From: Coleofasciculus chthonoplastes F2-STO-03
Lineage (GTDB): Bacteria; Cyanobacteriota; Cyanobacteriia; Cyanobacteriales; Coleofasciculaceae
Assembly (NCBI GenBank): GCA_040222015.1
Contig: JAVJWO010000080.1
Coordinates: forward strand, 1-29,015
Direction: 5' to 3'
Length of the DNA: 29,015 nucleotides
Under the pieces are notes generated by a model that saw nothing but the letters and a program-made list of their open reading frames with translations, had not been told where the DNA came from and did no database searches. Shown one piece after another: positions 1 through 9,550 of this stretch. Position 1 is the first letter of the stretch. Every line of letters starts with the position of its first letter. A program made the position numbers and the translations under genes.

Positions 1-136
1 TGCTCGCTACCCATTCCCAATCTTGCTCGCTACCCATTCCCAATCTTGCTCGCTACCCATTCCCAATCTTGCTCGCTACCCATTCCCAATCTTGCTCGCT
101 ACCCATTCCCAATCTTGCTCGCTACCCATTCCCAAT
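1..136. repeat. 23-bp tandem repeat (TGCTCGCTACCCATTCCCAATCT), ~6 copies, cut by the window edge
   Basis: Identical units start at 1, 24, 47, 70, 93 and 116. A single related copy with the same downstream flank lies at 22737-22769. Confidence 0.95.
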
Positions 137-159
137 TTAAATGCATGACAGCTTAATCC

Positions 160-222
160 GTTGGGGCGGGTTTAGTGACATCAGGGTGAAAACTAAATGT
201 TAATGGTAAAACCCGCCCCTAC
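160..222. repeat. REP-like palindromic element (GGGGCGGGTTT...AAACCCGCCCCTAC family)
   Basis: Inverted arms at 163-173 and 209-219 with a CTAC end. Same family at 1335, 6229, 8010, 12301 and 25975. Confidence 0.85.
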
Positions 223-404
223 ATTTTCTCCATCTCCCAGACGCGCCATGTTCAGTCTCTACAACCCCTGTTCCTCAACCCAACCTACACCAATGGGGAA
301 AATCTAAAAAAAATCGATAGAAATGCAGACTCGGCAAAAAAATGCTAATTTAGATACAGAAATGCCATTCAAGGTGAAACGTTAGACTTAACCGATAAGC
401 ATTT

Positions 405-602
405 TGAGTACAAATCTGTACTCAGTACAAGAACCGAATAAAATTAGCTCAATTCCGCACTACAATAGGCTTTGAGCGTGAGTACAGAAATACTCGAACC
501 CCACCCCTTAAATACTTGCACCCCATCCCGAAAATACTAGAACCCCTACCCCCAAAGAAATTTGAAACGCCTCTGTAATCAGACTTTAGGGTGATGAGTA
601 CA
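405..602 (+). promoter_or_regulatory. Cyanobacterial nifB promoter motifs (putative CnfR/PatB-recognised TGAGTACA boxes)
   Basis: TGAGTACA at 405-412 (perfect inverted partner TGTACTCA at 417-424), at 479-486 (partial partner TACTCG) and at 595-602, all upstream of a nifB-derived ORF. Matches the motif known from cyanobacterial nifB promoters. Confidence 0.75.
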
Positions 603-797
603 TAACCAATTAATCTAATAAGTTTTAACGCCAGCCCAACGGAACCTCCTGTTTAGACCAAGCTGCTATAAAAACAACTATCGCCGGAATTCAAGTATGA
701 AGGATGACCAATCAACTCCTTCATACTTAACTGTTTAAGTATTGGCGTTGGGTGTTAAGGGTGCATTTATCTTTTAATCAGACAATGCCGAAAGCCC

Positions 798-1337
798 ATG
801 ACTCAAACAGTTACTGGATTAGCTACGCCGAGACGATTAGGCGATTCGGGGACACCGGAGGAGGATGTCATGAACACCAACAGTCTGAAGATGAAATCAG
901 AATACGACTTGAAACGACCTCAGGAACGACAAACGGGCAAAGAGCCTAAAGAAATCCTGAACGCGACTCGAACTGAAAATATCTCCTCTGTCGCCAATCG
1001 GACTAAAATCCGCGTCGCTGTCGCCAGTAAAGGGGGTGGCTTGGTTAATCAACATTTCGGTCATGCTAAAGAATTCGAGATTTATGAAGTGAATCGCGAT
1101 GAAGCCCATTGTATTGATCGGCGTTCCGTAACTCCCTATTGCCAAGGCGGGTATGGCGAAGCCGATGTACTGGAAAACATTATGCAAACGCTTTCAGATT
1201 GCCAAGCTGTTCTGGTTTCTAAGATTGGTGCTTGTCCCAAGGAACAATTGCAAGCGCAGGGAATTGAGTGTGTTGAAGCCTATGACGTGATTGAAAACGT
1301 GGTGTTGGACTTCTACGAGCAATATCAACTGTCCTAG
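798..1337 (+). CDS. Cyanobacterial nifB relic: NifX/NifB-C (FeMo-co binding) domain only, radical SAM domain absent. Alternative start ATG 870 with RBS GGAGGAGG.
   Basis: VAVASKGGGLVNQHFGHAKEF...YCQGGYGE...VLVSKIG...EAYDVIE...FYEQ closely follows the C-terminus of cyanobacterial NifB. No CxxxCxxC motif. Sits in the nifB position before nifS-nifU. Confidence 0.85.
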   Translation: MTQTVTGLATPRRLGDSGTPEEDVMNTNSLKMKSEYDLKRPQERQTGKEPKEILNATRTENISSVANRTKIRVAVASKGGGLVNQHFGHAKEFEIYEVNRDEAHCIDRRSVTPYCQGGYGEADVLENIMQTLSDCQAVLVSKIGACPKEQLQAQGIECVEAYDVIENVVLDFYEQYQLS

Positions 1338-1395
1338 GAGCGGGTTTTACCGATAACGTTTGATACAAAACCAATCCCTTAACTAAACCCGCCCT
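1335..1395. repeat. REP-like palindromic element overlapping the stop codon of the nifB relic
   Basis: TAGGAGCGGGTTT...AAACCCGCCCT inverted arms. Confidence 0.8.
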
Positions 1396-1496
1396 GATTC
1401 AAACATAGAGTATTTTATTTTGTATCTTTGGTTACGGTTTTTCTGGAATTTTAGCATCGGATTCGATTCCTAAACTGATGTTCTATAGGTAGACCT

Positions 1497-2723
1497 ATGA
1501 GTGTAATTTATTTAGATAACAATGCCACTACTCGTGTAGATGAGGCTGTGCTGGAGGAGATGCTGCCTTATCTGAGTGAATATTATGGAAATCCCTCCAG
1601 CATGCACACGTTTGGTGGACAATTATCCCGCAACTTAGAGCAAGCACGAGAAAACGTTGCGGCATTATTGGGCGCTCAACCGACAGAAATTATCTTTACC
1701 AGTTGTGGTACGGAAGGGGATAATGCTGCGATTCGCGCCGCGTTGATCACTCAACCGGACAAGAAGCATATTGTTACCACTGCGGTGGAACATCCAGCGG
1801 TTTACAGTCTTTGCAAACGACTGGAAAAAGAAGGATATCGGGTGACGTATCTCCCGGTTAATGGCAAAGGATTGATTGATCTCAAGGAACTGAAAGCTTC
1901 TCTCACCGACGACACGGCGCTGGTTTCAGTGATGTGCGCCAATAATGAAACGGGGACGATTTTCCCAATTGAACGGATTGGGCAGATTGTTAAAGAACGG
2001 GGCATTTTATTCCACGTTGATGCGGTGCAAGCGGTGGGGAAAGTTCCCTTAAATATGAGCGAGAGTACTGTTGATTTTTTGGTTCTATCGGGTCATAAAC
2101 TTCATGCGCCTAAAGGGATTGGGGTACTTTATGTTCGCAAAGGGGTGCGCTTTCGTCCTCTGCTGATTGGGGGTCATCAAGAACGAGGGCGTCGAGGGGG
2201 TACGTCAAATGTTCCCGCCATTATTGGCTTAGGAAAAGCCGCAGAATTGGCAATCCAGCACGTCACGGAAGAAGTTACCCAGGTGAAGGAATTACGCGAT
2301 CGCTTGGAACAAGGATTACTGAGTCGGATTTCCGATTGTCAGCTTAATGGTCATCCATCGATGCGGCTACCGAATACGACGAATATTGGCTTTAAGTATA
2401 TCGAAGGTGAAGCCATTTTACTGTCCCTGGATCGCTTCGGTATCTGCGCCTCGTCGGGTTCGGCTTGCACCTCTGGCTCATTAGAACCGTCTCATGTGCT
2501 GCGGGCGATGGGACTCCCTTACACCCTTCTCCATGGTTCGATTCGCTTTAGTCTGTCCCGGTATACCACCTCGGCTGAAATTGATCGGGTGTTGGAAGTG
2601 ATGCCACCAATAGTAGAACGTTTGCGAACGATTTCCCCCTTCAAGAATGAAGCAGACGAAGAACAGGGTTGGCTTCAGACAGCCAGGGAGCAACAGGGTA
2701 GAGGGGTTATGACGGTGCAATGA
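1497..2723 (+). CDS. nifS: Cysteine desulfurase NifS
   Basis: IYLDNNATT start, SGHKLHAPKG PLP lysine, SSGSACTSGSLEPSHVL catalytic Cys; next to nifU. Confidence 0.97.
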   Translation: MSVIYLDNNATTRVDEAVLEEMLPYLSEYYGNPSSMHTFGGQLSRNLEQARENVAALLGAQPTEIIFTSCGTEGDNAAIRAALITQPDKKHIVTTAVEHPAVYSLCKRLEKEGYRVTYLPVNGKGLIDLKELKASLTDDTALVSVMCANNETGTIFPIERIGQIVKERGILFHVDAVQAVGKVPLNMSESTVDFLVLSGHKLHAPKGIGVLYVRKGVRFRPLLIGGHQERGRRGGTSNVPAIIGLGKAAELAIQHVTEEVTQVKELRDRLEQGLLSRISDCQLNGHPSMRLPNTTNIGFKYIEGEAILLSLDRFGICASSGSACTSGSLEPSHVLRAMGLPYTLLHGSIRFSLSRYTTSAEIDRVLEVMPPIVERLRTISPFKNEADEEQGWLQTAREQQGRGVMTVQ

Positions 2724-2732
2724 GCAGGGTTT

Positions 2733-2926
2733 GTAGAGACGTAGCATGCTACGTCTGGGAGATTTTGTCGGGGCTCACTTTCACTACTATCGTTTGAAAT
2801 GGTGCGTTACGCTACCCTACCCTTCGGGAACGCTTCGCGAACGGGAACGCTTCGCGAACGCTAACGCACCCTACGCCCGCCCCGATTTTACGTAATGACG
2901 AATGACAAATGACGAATGACGAATAA
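2733..2926. repeat. Repeat cluster in the nifS-nifU spacer: GTAGAGACG palindrome (2733-2756), nested palindrome (2801-2874), heptamer ATGACGA/ATGACAA repeats (~2896-2926)
   Basis: GTAGAGACGTAGCATGCTACGTCT; GGTGCGTTACGCT[insert]CGCTAACGCACCCTAC; short STRR-like array. Confidence 0.85.
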
Positions 2927-2940
2927 CGGGAGAATAAGCG

Positions 2941-3894
2941 ATGTGGGACTACACTGACAAGGTAATGGATTTGTTTCATAATCCTCACAATATGGGCGCG
3001 ATCGCGACTCAAGATTGTGATCCGACGGAAACGATCGCGGTTGGCGAAATTGGCAGTATTGTTTGTGGCGATGCGTTGCGGTTGTATCTGAGGATTGATA
3101 CCAAAACCGATATTATCTTAGACGCCCGTTTTCAAACCTTTGGTTGTGCGAGTGCGATCGCGTCTTCCTCGGCGCTGACGGATCTGATTAAGGGGATGAC
3201 GGTTGATGATGCGTTGCGACTGACGAATCGTGAGATTGCTAGCTATTTGGGCGGCTTACCTCAAGAGAAGATGCACTGTTCGGTCATGGGTCAAGAAGCC
3301 CTGGAAGCGGCAATCTCTGATTATAAAGGAGTTCCGGTTAGACCGGAGGAAGAGGATGAAAGTCCCCTAGTGTGTAGTTGCTTTGGGGTGAGTTCCGCTA
3401 AGATTAAGCGACTGATTCGGGAAAATCACCTCACTAACGCTGAAGAAGTCACCAATTACATTAAAGCCGGTGGGGGGTGTGGCTCTTGTTTGGCAGATAT
3501 CGATGATCTGGTGATCGATGTTACTCAAGAACAGGATAAATTAAACACCGCCGCGTCGCTATCCGCACCGATTCCTCAACCCGCCGTCGCTACAACGACT
3601 CCATCGACTTCCCCGATCAAAGAAAGCCAGGGGGGAACGCGATCGGCTACCAAGCTAACCAACTTGCAAAAAATTACCTTGATTCAGCAGGTTCTGGAAA
3701 CGGAAATCCGTCCCACATTAGCCTATGATGGCGGCGATGTCGAGTTGCATGACGTAGAGGGCGATCGCGTCAAGGTGATTCTCAAAGGATCGTGTGATGG
3801 TTGTCCCAGCGTGATGATTACCCTGAAGATGGCGATCGAAAAGCGGCTGCAAGAACGAGTGTCTCCTAATCTTATTGTTGAAGCTGTGGTTTAA
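2941..3894 (+). CDS. nifU: Fe-S scaffold NifU (IscU-like, BFD-like [2Fe-2S] and Nfu domains)
   Basis: MWDYTDKV, CGDAL, FQTFGCASAIAS, KMHCSVMG, CSCFG/GGGCGSC, DGGDVEL...CDGC; cyanobacterial LTNLQKITLIQ segment. Confidence 0.97.
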   Translation: MWDYTDKVMDLFHNPHNMGAIATQDCDPTETIAVGEIGSIVCGDALRLYLRIDTKTDIILDARFQTFGCASAIASSSALTDLIKGMTVDDALRLTNREIASYLGGLPQEKMHCSVMGQEALEAAISDYKGVPVRPEEEDESPLVCSCFGVSSAKIKRLIRENHLTNAEEVTNYIKAGGGCGSCLADIDDLVIDVTQEQDKLNTAASLSAPIPQPAVATTTPSTSPIKESQGGTRSATKLTNLQKITLIQQVLETEIRPTLAYDGGDVELHDVEGDRVKVILKGSCDGCPSVMITLKMAIEKRLQERVSPNLIVEAVV

Positions 3895-3963
3895 GTTTAA
3901 TGGGCAAATTTTGACTTCAGTTTCTGATTGAACAGGTTTTAACGTAACTCCGTTGTATAGGTA

Positions 3964-3994
3964 ACCCTTGGTGAATCGCCAAGGGTATTTTTTT
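3964..3994 (+). terminator. Intrinsic terminator-like hairpin after nifU
   Basis: ACCCTTGGTGA-A-TCGCCAAGGGT stem followed by A and a T7 tract. Confidence 0.6.
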
Positions 3995-4402
3995 GACCGA
4001 TAACAGGTTGGATTGATTCTACAAGTAAGTAACATTTGCATTGAGTAATCTGAATTAAAAACAGTGTTAATTATCACTATTTAATAATAATTAAAGCTTT
4101 AACTAAATTGTAGACAAGCAATTAATCTATCGTTTGTATAGAAAGACTAATACTTTTTTACAAACCGAAAAATTCTGAATAAAAACTAAATCAATAAACT
4201 TCTGTTTTTGTAGCAAAATACACTTTTACTTCTAGATTTAATTTCTATTATTAAATCATCAGGAAAACAAAAAACGTTACCAGGATAAACGCTCAATTGT
4301 TTCTTGATTGACTTGAAGCTTTCGGATCGTTGAACATACCATAATTCTCCGAATCAACTTCAATTAACTGTTAATAATGTAACCTCAAAAACTTGAGCCT
4401 AA

Positions 4403-5239
<837 letters not shown>

Positions 5240-5268
5240 AGATGCAGTGAAAGATGCAGTGTGTTGCA

Positions 5269-5303
5269 GGTGGAAGGTTAGAAAAGGTTCCATACCTTCC
5301 ACC
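5269..5303 (+). promoter_or_regulatory. Stem-loop just downstream of nifH (possible transcript stabiliser or attenuator)
   Basis: GGTGGAAGGT / ACCTTCCACC perfect 10-bp stem without a U tract; preceded by a 12-bp direct duplication AAAGATGCAGTG (5238-5261). Confidence 0.5.
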
Positions 5304-5340
5304 GCTGAAATACAAGCACAATTGTTTGGAGGCAACATCC

Positions 5341-5700
5341 ATGACTATCATGGTGAGAGCGATTATTCGACCGGAAAAGAGCGACGACGTGATGAAAGCG
5401 CTCTTGGACGCTGGTTATCCAGCCGTTACCAAAGTTGATGTCTTTGGTCGAGGCAAACAACGGGGATTGAAAATTGGTAATGTGCTTTATGATGAACTAC
5501 CCAAAGCGTTGTTAATGGTAGTGGTTCCCGATACCGAAAAAGAGTTTGTGATTCGGGCAATTCTCAGCAGCGCTCGCACGGGAGAAGAAGGAGCAGCAGG
5601 CGATGGCAAGATATTTGTCAGTCCTGTAGAAGAAGTCTACACCATCAGCTCCGGCAAAACTGATTCGAGTAAGAAAGAACCTGCGCTGGCTACGCGCTAA
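5341..5700 (+). CDS. nifI1: PII-family nitrogenase regulator NifI1
   Basis: IIRPEK, GRGKQRG, YDELPK, GDGKIFVSPVEEVYTISSG; lies between nifH and nifD; RBS GGAGG before ATG 5341. Confidence 0.93.
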   Translation: MTIMVRAIIRPEKSDDVMKALLDAGYPAVTKVDVFGRGKQRGLKIGNVLYDELPKALLMVVVPDTEKEFVIRAILSSARTGEEGAAGDGKIFVSPVEEVYTISSGKTDSSKKEPALATR

Positions 5701-5727
5701 ACATGAGACCCATTTTGTATCCATTGT

Positions 5728-5762
5728 TCTTGTAGAAATCGTTATTAACGGTTTCTACAAGA
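5728..5762. promoter_or_regulatory. Strong hairpin between nifI1 and nifI2
   Basis: TCTTGTAGAAATCGTTA / TAACGGTTTCTACAAGA near-perfect inverted repeat. Confidence 0.55.
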
Positions 5763-5816
5763 GAACTCCCCGGTTTATGTTAGGAGGCACGAGAGTAAAT
5801 CTCAGTGTTGAAGGTT

Positions 5817-6212
5817 ATGAAAGAAGTTCTGGCTGTCATCAGGATGAACAAAATTAACCAGACGAAAGAAGCATTAAGTAAAGCTGGTTTTCCTTCAGTG
5901 ACAGCGGTGAAAGTGGTCGGTCGAGGCAGGCAGCCTGTGGACTTTCAGTTAGCGAAAGCAATTAATGAAAATCCCCAAGATAGCAGTGATTTGCTGCCCC
6001 TCCTGGCTCAAGGACACCGTTTAATCCCTAAACGGATGCTCAGTTTGGTGGTTCCCGATGACAACGTTCAGCAAGTGGTTGACGCCCTGATTCAAGCCAA
6101 TCAGACCAGCAACCCCGGAGATGGAAAAATCTTTGTTCTGCCCATCGAGGATAGTGTCCGCGTTAGCAGCGGCGAAACAGGAGCCGTCGCGATTGATGAA
6201 ATGGCGGGTTAA
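5817..6212 (+). CDS. nifI2: PII-family nitrogenase regulator NifI2
   Basis: MKEVLAVIRMNKINQTKEAL, GRGR, RLIPKR, GDGKIFVLP; second member of the PII pair. Confidence 0.93.
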   Translation: MKEVLAVIRMNKINQTKEALSKAGFPSVTAVKVVGRGRQPVDFQLAKAINENPQDSSDLLPLLAQGHRLIPKRMLSLVVPDDNVQQVVDALIQANQTSNPGDGKIFVLPIEDSVRVSSGETGAVAIDEMAG

Positions 6213-6228
6213 GGTTTCCCCGCGAAAT

Positions 6229-6291
6229 ATAGGGGCGGGTTTTACGGGATAACGTTTTGGTACACATCGATAACTTGACTAAATCCGCCCT
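6229..6291. repeat. REP-like palindromic element between nifI2 and nifD
   Basis: ATAGGGGCGGGTTT...AAATCCGCCCT; the interior resembles the copy at 1335. Confidence 0.8.
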
Positions 6292-6325
6292 TCTAGGAAA
6301 GTAATTAAGACAGGAGAAAACGATT

Positions 6326-7945
6326 ATGAGTCCCCATGATTCAGATACCTTGAAATTAGAAAAGGCGACGTATGAAGTAGACCCGAAAGAGGTTACCAAA
6401 GAGATGGTAGCCCCCTACCCAACCAAAGTTGCCAGAAAACGGGCAAAGCATATCGTGATGCGGGACCCGTCCGTCGAAGGACAGGAAATTCAGGCGAATG
6501 TGCGAACAGTTCCTGGGATTCTCAACACTAGACACTGTGCTTTTGCCGGATGTAAAGGGGTGGTTGTTGGTCCCTTTGGTGATGTGCTGCACATTGTTCA
6601 CGGACCAGTGGGCTGTTCATACTACACCTGGATGACGCGACGCAACCAGTATCGGGCTCGTGAAGATGGCAAGAATTACATGAGCTACTGCCTCACCACT
6701 GATATGCAGGACTCTGATATTGTCTTCGGCGGTGTGAAAAAGCTGCGTCAAGCCGTTCAGGAAGGCTATGACATCTTTAAGCCCAATGCGATTACCATCA
6801 CAGCCACCTGTCCTGTGGGATTAATTGGTGACGATATTCAAACCGTTGCCAAAGAGATGACAGAAAAGTTGGGCATTTCGGTTGTTGCATTTAACTGCGA
6901 AGGATACAAAGGCGTTTCCCAGTCTGCGGGTCACCATATCGCCAACAATGGCTTCTTTAAAAATTGGGTGGGTGAAGGCGAAGCAACAGACGAAGAACTT
7001 GAAGGCTTCACCGTCAACCTTTTGGGTGAGTACAACATCGGCGGCGATTCCTGGGAACTTGAGCGGGTGTTTGAGAAGTGTGGCATTAATGTGATTGCTA
7101 CATTCAGTGGTGATGGCAACTACGATGCGGCAACAAAAGCGCATTTGGCTCAATTGAACTTGGTCATGTGTCACCGCTCGATTAACTACATGGCGGAGAT
7201 GATGGAAACCAAGTTTGGGGTTCCTTGGACGAAGGTCAGCTTTATCGGCGTTCAAGCTTTTGCCAAGTCATTGCGTAAGGTTGCCCGATTCTTTAATGAT
7301 GAAGCACTCACCCAGCGCATTGAAGAGGTGATTGCTGAAGAAGTGGCTGCCGCAGAAGCTGAAATTGCCCCGATTCGGGAACGGTTGCAAGGCAAGAGTG
7401 CGATTCTGTTTGTGGGCGGTTCTCGCGCTCACCATTACCAAGACTTGTTTGCCGACTTAGGCATCAAAACCATTGCCGCAGGTTATGAGTTCGCCCACCG
7501 GGATGACTACGAAGGTCGTCAAGTTCTACCGTTGAAAGTAGACGCCGACTCCCGCAACGTCGAAGAGTTGCATGTCGAAAAAGACCCAGAGCGCTACAAA
7601 CTGACGGCTGACCCAGCATGGGTGGAGCAGCTCAAAGAGGAAGGGTTCCTGAATCGGTACGAGGGCATGATTTCGGAGATGGGTGAAGACACCTTGATGA
7701 TTGATGACATCTCCCATCATGAGCTAGAAACTCTGATTAAGCGCCTCAAGCCCGATATCGTCGGTTCCGGGATTAAGGACAAGTATGTGATTGAGAAGTT
7801 TGGCGTTCCTTGTAAGCAACTTCACAACTACGACTACGGCGGTCCGTTTGCCGGATTCCAAGGTGCGGTTAATTTCGCCAAAGATATCGATATGCGGATT
7901 AACAACCCCACTTGGAAGCTAGTTAAAGCCCCCTGGCAGAACTAG
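6326..7945 (+). CDS. nifD: Nitrogenase MoFe protein alpha chain, group II/cluster III type with the internal insertion
   Basis: P-cluster Cys (HCAFAGC, GPVGC, ATCPVGLIGDD), GVSQSAGHH, MCHRS (Cys275 equivalent), GGSRAHH, EFAHRDDY, QLHNYDY (His442 equivalent); ~50-aa insert after EFAHRDDY; 539 aa. Confidence 0.97.
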   Translation: MSPHDSDTLKLEKATYEVDPKEVTKEMVAPYPTKVARKRAKHIVMRDPSVEGQEIQANVRTVPGILNTRHCAFAGCKGVVVGPFGDVLHIVHGPVGCSYYTWMTRRNQYRAREDGKNYMSYCLTTDMQDSDIVFGGVKKLRQAVQEGYDIFKPNAITITATCPVGLIGDDIQTVAKEMTEKLGISVVAFNCEGYKGVSQSAGHHIANNGFFKNWVGEGEATDEELEGFTVNLLGEYNIGGDSWELERVFEKCGINVIATFSGDGNYDAATKAHLAQLNLVMCHRSINYMAEMMETKFGVPWTKVSFIGVQAFAKSLRKVARFFNDEALTQRIEEVIAEEVAAAEAEIAPIRERLQGKSAILFVGGSRAHHYQDLFADLGIKTIAAGYEFAHRDDYEGRQVLPLKVDADSRNVEELHVEKDPERYKLTADPAWVEQLKEEGFLNRYEGMISEMGEDTLMIDDISHHELETLIKRLKPDIVGSGIKDKYVIEKFGVPCKQLHNYDYGGPFAGFQGAVNFAKDIDMRINNPTWKLVKAPWQN

Positions 7946-7950
7946 CCAAT

Positions 7951-8070
7951 GTAGAGACGCGCCATGGCGCGTCTGAGAGCAAAAAAGTTATCCGTTAATT
8001 CTTGCGAGCAGGGCGGGTTTAGTCACATCTGGGTTGAACAAGCAACGTTAATAGTGAAACCCGCCCCTAC
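7951..8070. repeat. Two palindromic elements in the nifD-nifK spacer (7951-7974 and 8010-8070)
   Basis: GTAGAGACGCGCCATGGCGCGTCT and AGGGCGGGTTT...AAACCCGCCCCTAC. Confidence 0.85.
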
Positions 8071-8101
8071 ATACTTAAACCCACAAAGGAGAACCAGAAT
8101 C

Positions 8102-9478
8102 ATGTTAGAAGCAACCCCTAAAGAAATCGTTGAACGCAAGGCGCTACGAATCAACCCTGCTAAGACTTGTCAGCCCATTGGTGCAATGTACGCCGCATTA
8201 GGGATTCACGGCTGCTTACCGAACTCCCACGGCTCCCAAGGCTGCTGTTCCTTCCATAAGTCTCACCTGACCCGCCATTACAGAGAACCCATCATGGCGG
8301 CAACCAGCGCCTTTACCGAGGGTTCCTCTGTGTTCGGCGGTGGTGCAAACCTGAAGCAAGCCCTGACCACTATTTTTACCGTGTACAACCCGGATATGGT
8401 GGCAGTTAGCACCACTTGTTTATCGGAAACCATTGGCGATGATTTACCGACATTTATCCGCCAAGCCCGTGAATCTGGGGCAGTTCCCGAAGGCAAATAT
8501 GTCATTCACGCCAATACTCCCAGCTACGTCGGGTCTCATGTCACCGGCTGGTCGAATATGACTAAGGCGATGGTGACTTATTTATCGGCAAAAACCGAGA
8601 CGCCGAATAACAAGCTCAACATTATTCCGGGCTATGTCGAACCCTCCGATGTAAGGGCGGTTAAGCAGTTGGTGACCCAAATGGGGATTGATGCGATTGT
8701 CTTCCCGGATACCTCGGATGTGGTGGATACACCGAAAACCGGTGATTTTCAGATGTACCCGAAAGGCGGGACACTGATTCCTGATTTAATCGACACGGGG
8801 AATAGTACTGCCACCTTAGCCTTGGGTAATTTTACCTCGGAAGCCGCCGCGATCGCACTCCAAAACAAGTGCCAAGTTCCGTCTCGTGTCCTAGACTTAC
8901 CCATTGGTCTTCGCGCCACTGACCGCTTTGTCCAAGCCTTGATTGAATTCAGTGATGTCACGCCACCTGAGTCGCTCAATGATGACCGAGGACGATTGGT
9001 TGATGTGATGACTGATATGCAGCAGTACCTGTATCGCAAGCGGGTTGCGGTATACGGTGACCCTGACCAAGTAATCTCGGCGACTGAGTTCCTCGTAGAC
9101 TGTGGGATGTTACCCGTTTACGTAATTACCGGAAGCCCAGTTGGTAAGCGCTTTGAAGAACGAGTCAAAGACATCCTCAAAGACACCGTTCCCGATGCCA
9201 TTGTCGCCGCGAATGCCGACTTATTCTACCTGCATCAACTGATTAAAAACGAGCCAGTCGATTTACTACTAGGCAACGAATACGGCAAATATATCGGTCG
9301 TGATGAAGACATTCCGATCGTGCGCTTCGGCTTCCCCATTTTAGATCGCGTTGGTCACAGCTACTTCCCCACAGCTTGCTACTGGGGCGGTATTTACCTG
9401 CTGTCTAATATTTGCAACACCCTACTCGAACGCCTCGACCGGGATGCGCCCGATGAACTCTTTGAATTAGTACGCTAA
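8102..9478 (+). CDS. nifK: Nitrogenase MoFe protein beta chain (short group II form, 458 aa)
   Basis: INPAKTCQPIG, HGSQGCC, TTCLSETIGDD, TPSYVGSH, FELVR end. Start placed at ATG 8102 after AAGGAG; the ORF-track extension from 7964 is translated repeat DNA. Confidence 0.96.
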   Translation: MLEATPKEIVERKALRINPAKTCQPIGAMYAALGIHGCLPNSHGSQGCCSFHKSHLTRHYREPIMAATSAFTEGSSVFGGGANLKQALTTIFTVYNPDMVAVSTTCLSETIGDDLPTFIRQARESGAVPEGKYVIHANTPSYVGSHVTGWSNMTKAMVTYLSAKTETPNNKLNIIPGYVEPSDVRAVKQLVTQMGIDAIVFPDTSDVVDTPKTGDFQMYPKGGTLIPDLIDTGNSTATLALGNFTSEAAAIALQNKCQVPSRVLDLPIGLRATDRFVQALIEFSDVTPPESLNDDRGRLVDVMTDMQQYLYRKRVAVYGDPDQVISATEFLVDCGMLPVYVITGSPVGKRFEERVKDILKDTVPDAIVAANADLFYLHQLIKNEPVDLLLGNEYGKYIGRDEDIPIVRFGFPILDRVGHSYFPTACYWGGIYLLSNICNTLLERLDRDAPDELFELVR

Positions 9479-9550
9479 ACCCAGGGGCGGGTTCAACAAC
9501 AATCCGTTGTTTCCCGCCCACTCTCCAACCCAAAACTTAAACCCTCCAAT

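Noticed and set aside
1..136. Possible CRISPR or iteron array
   Set aside because: Head-to-tail 23-mers without spacers; no rep or cas gene; derived from a dispersed repeat.
4209..4222. TGTA-N6-TACA upstream of nifH as an NtcA box
   Set aside because: Spacing is 6 rather than the 8 needed for NtcA.
7964..8101. N-terminal extension of NifK in the ORF track (likewise nifE from 10019 and nifI1 from 5254)
   Set aside because: Extensions run through palindromic or hairpin DNA; homology starts at downstream ATGs, with clear RBSs for nifK and nifI1.
6326..9478. Alternative (V or Fe-only) nitrogenase
   Set aside because: No vnfG/anfG between D and K; nifEN and Mo transport genes are present; motifs fit group II Mo-nitrogenase.
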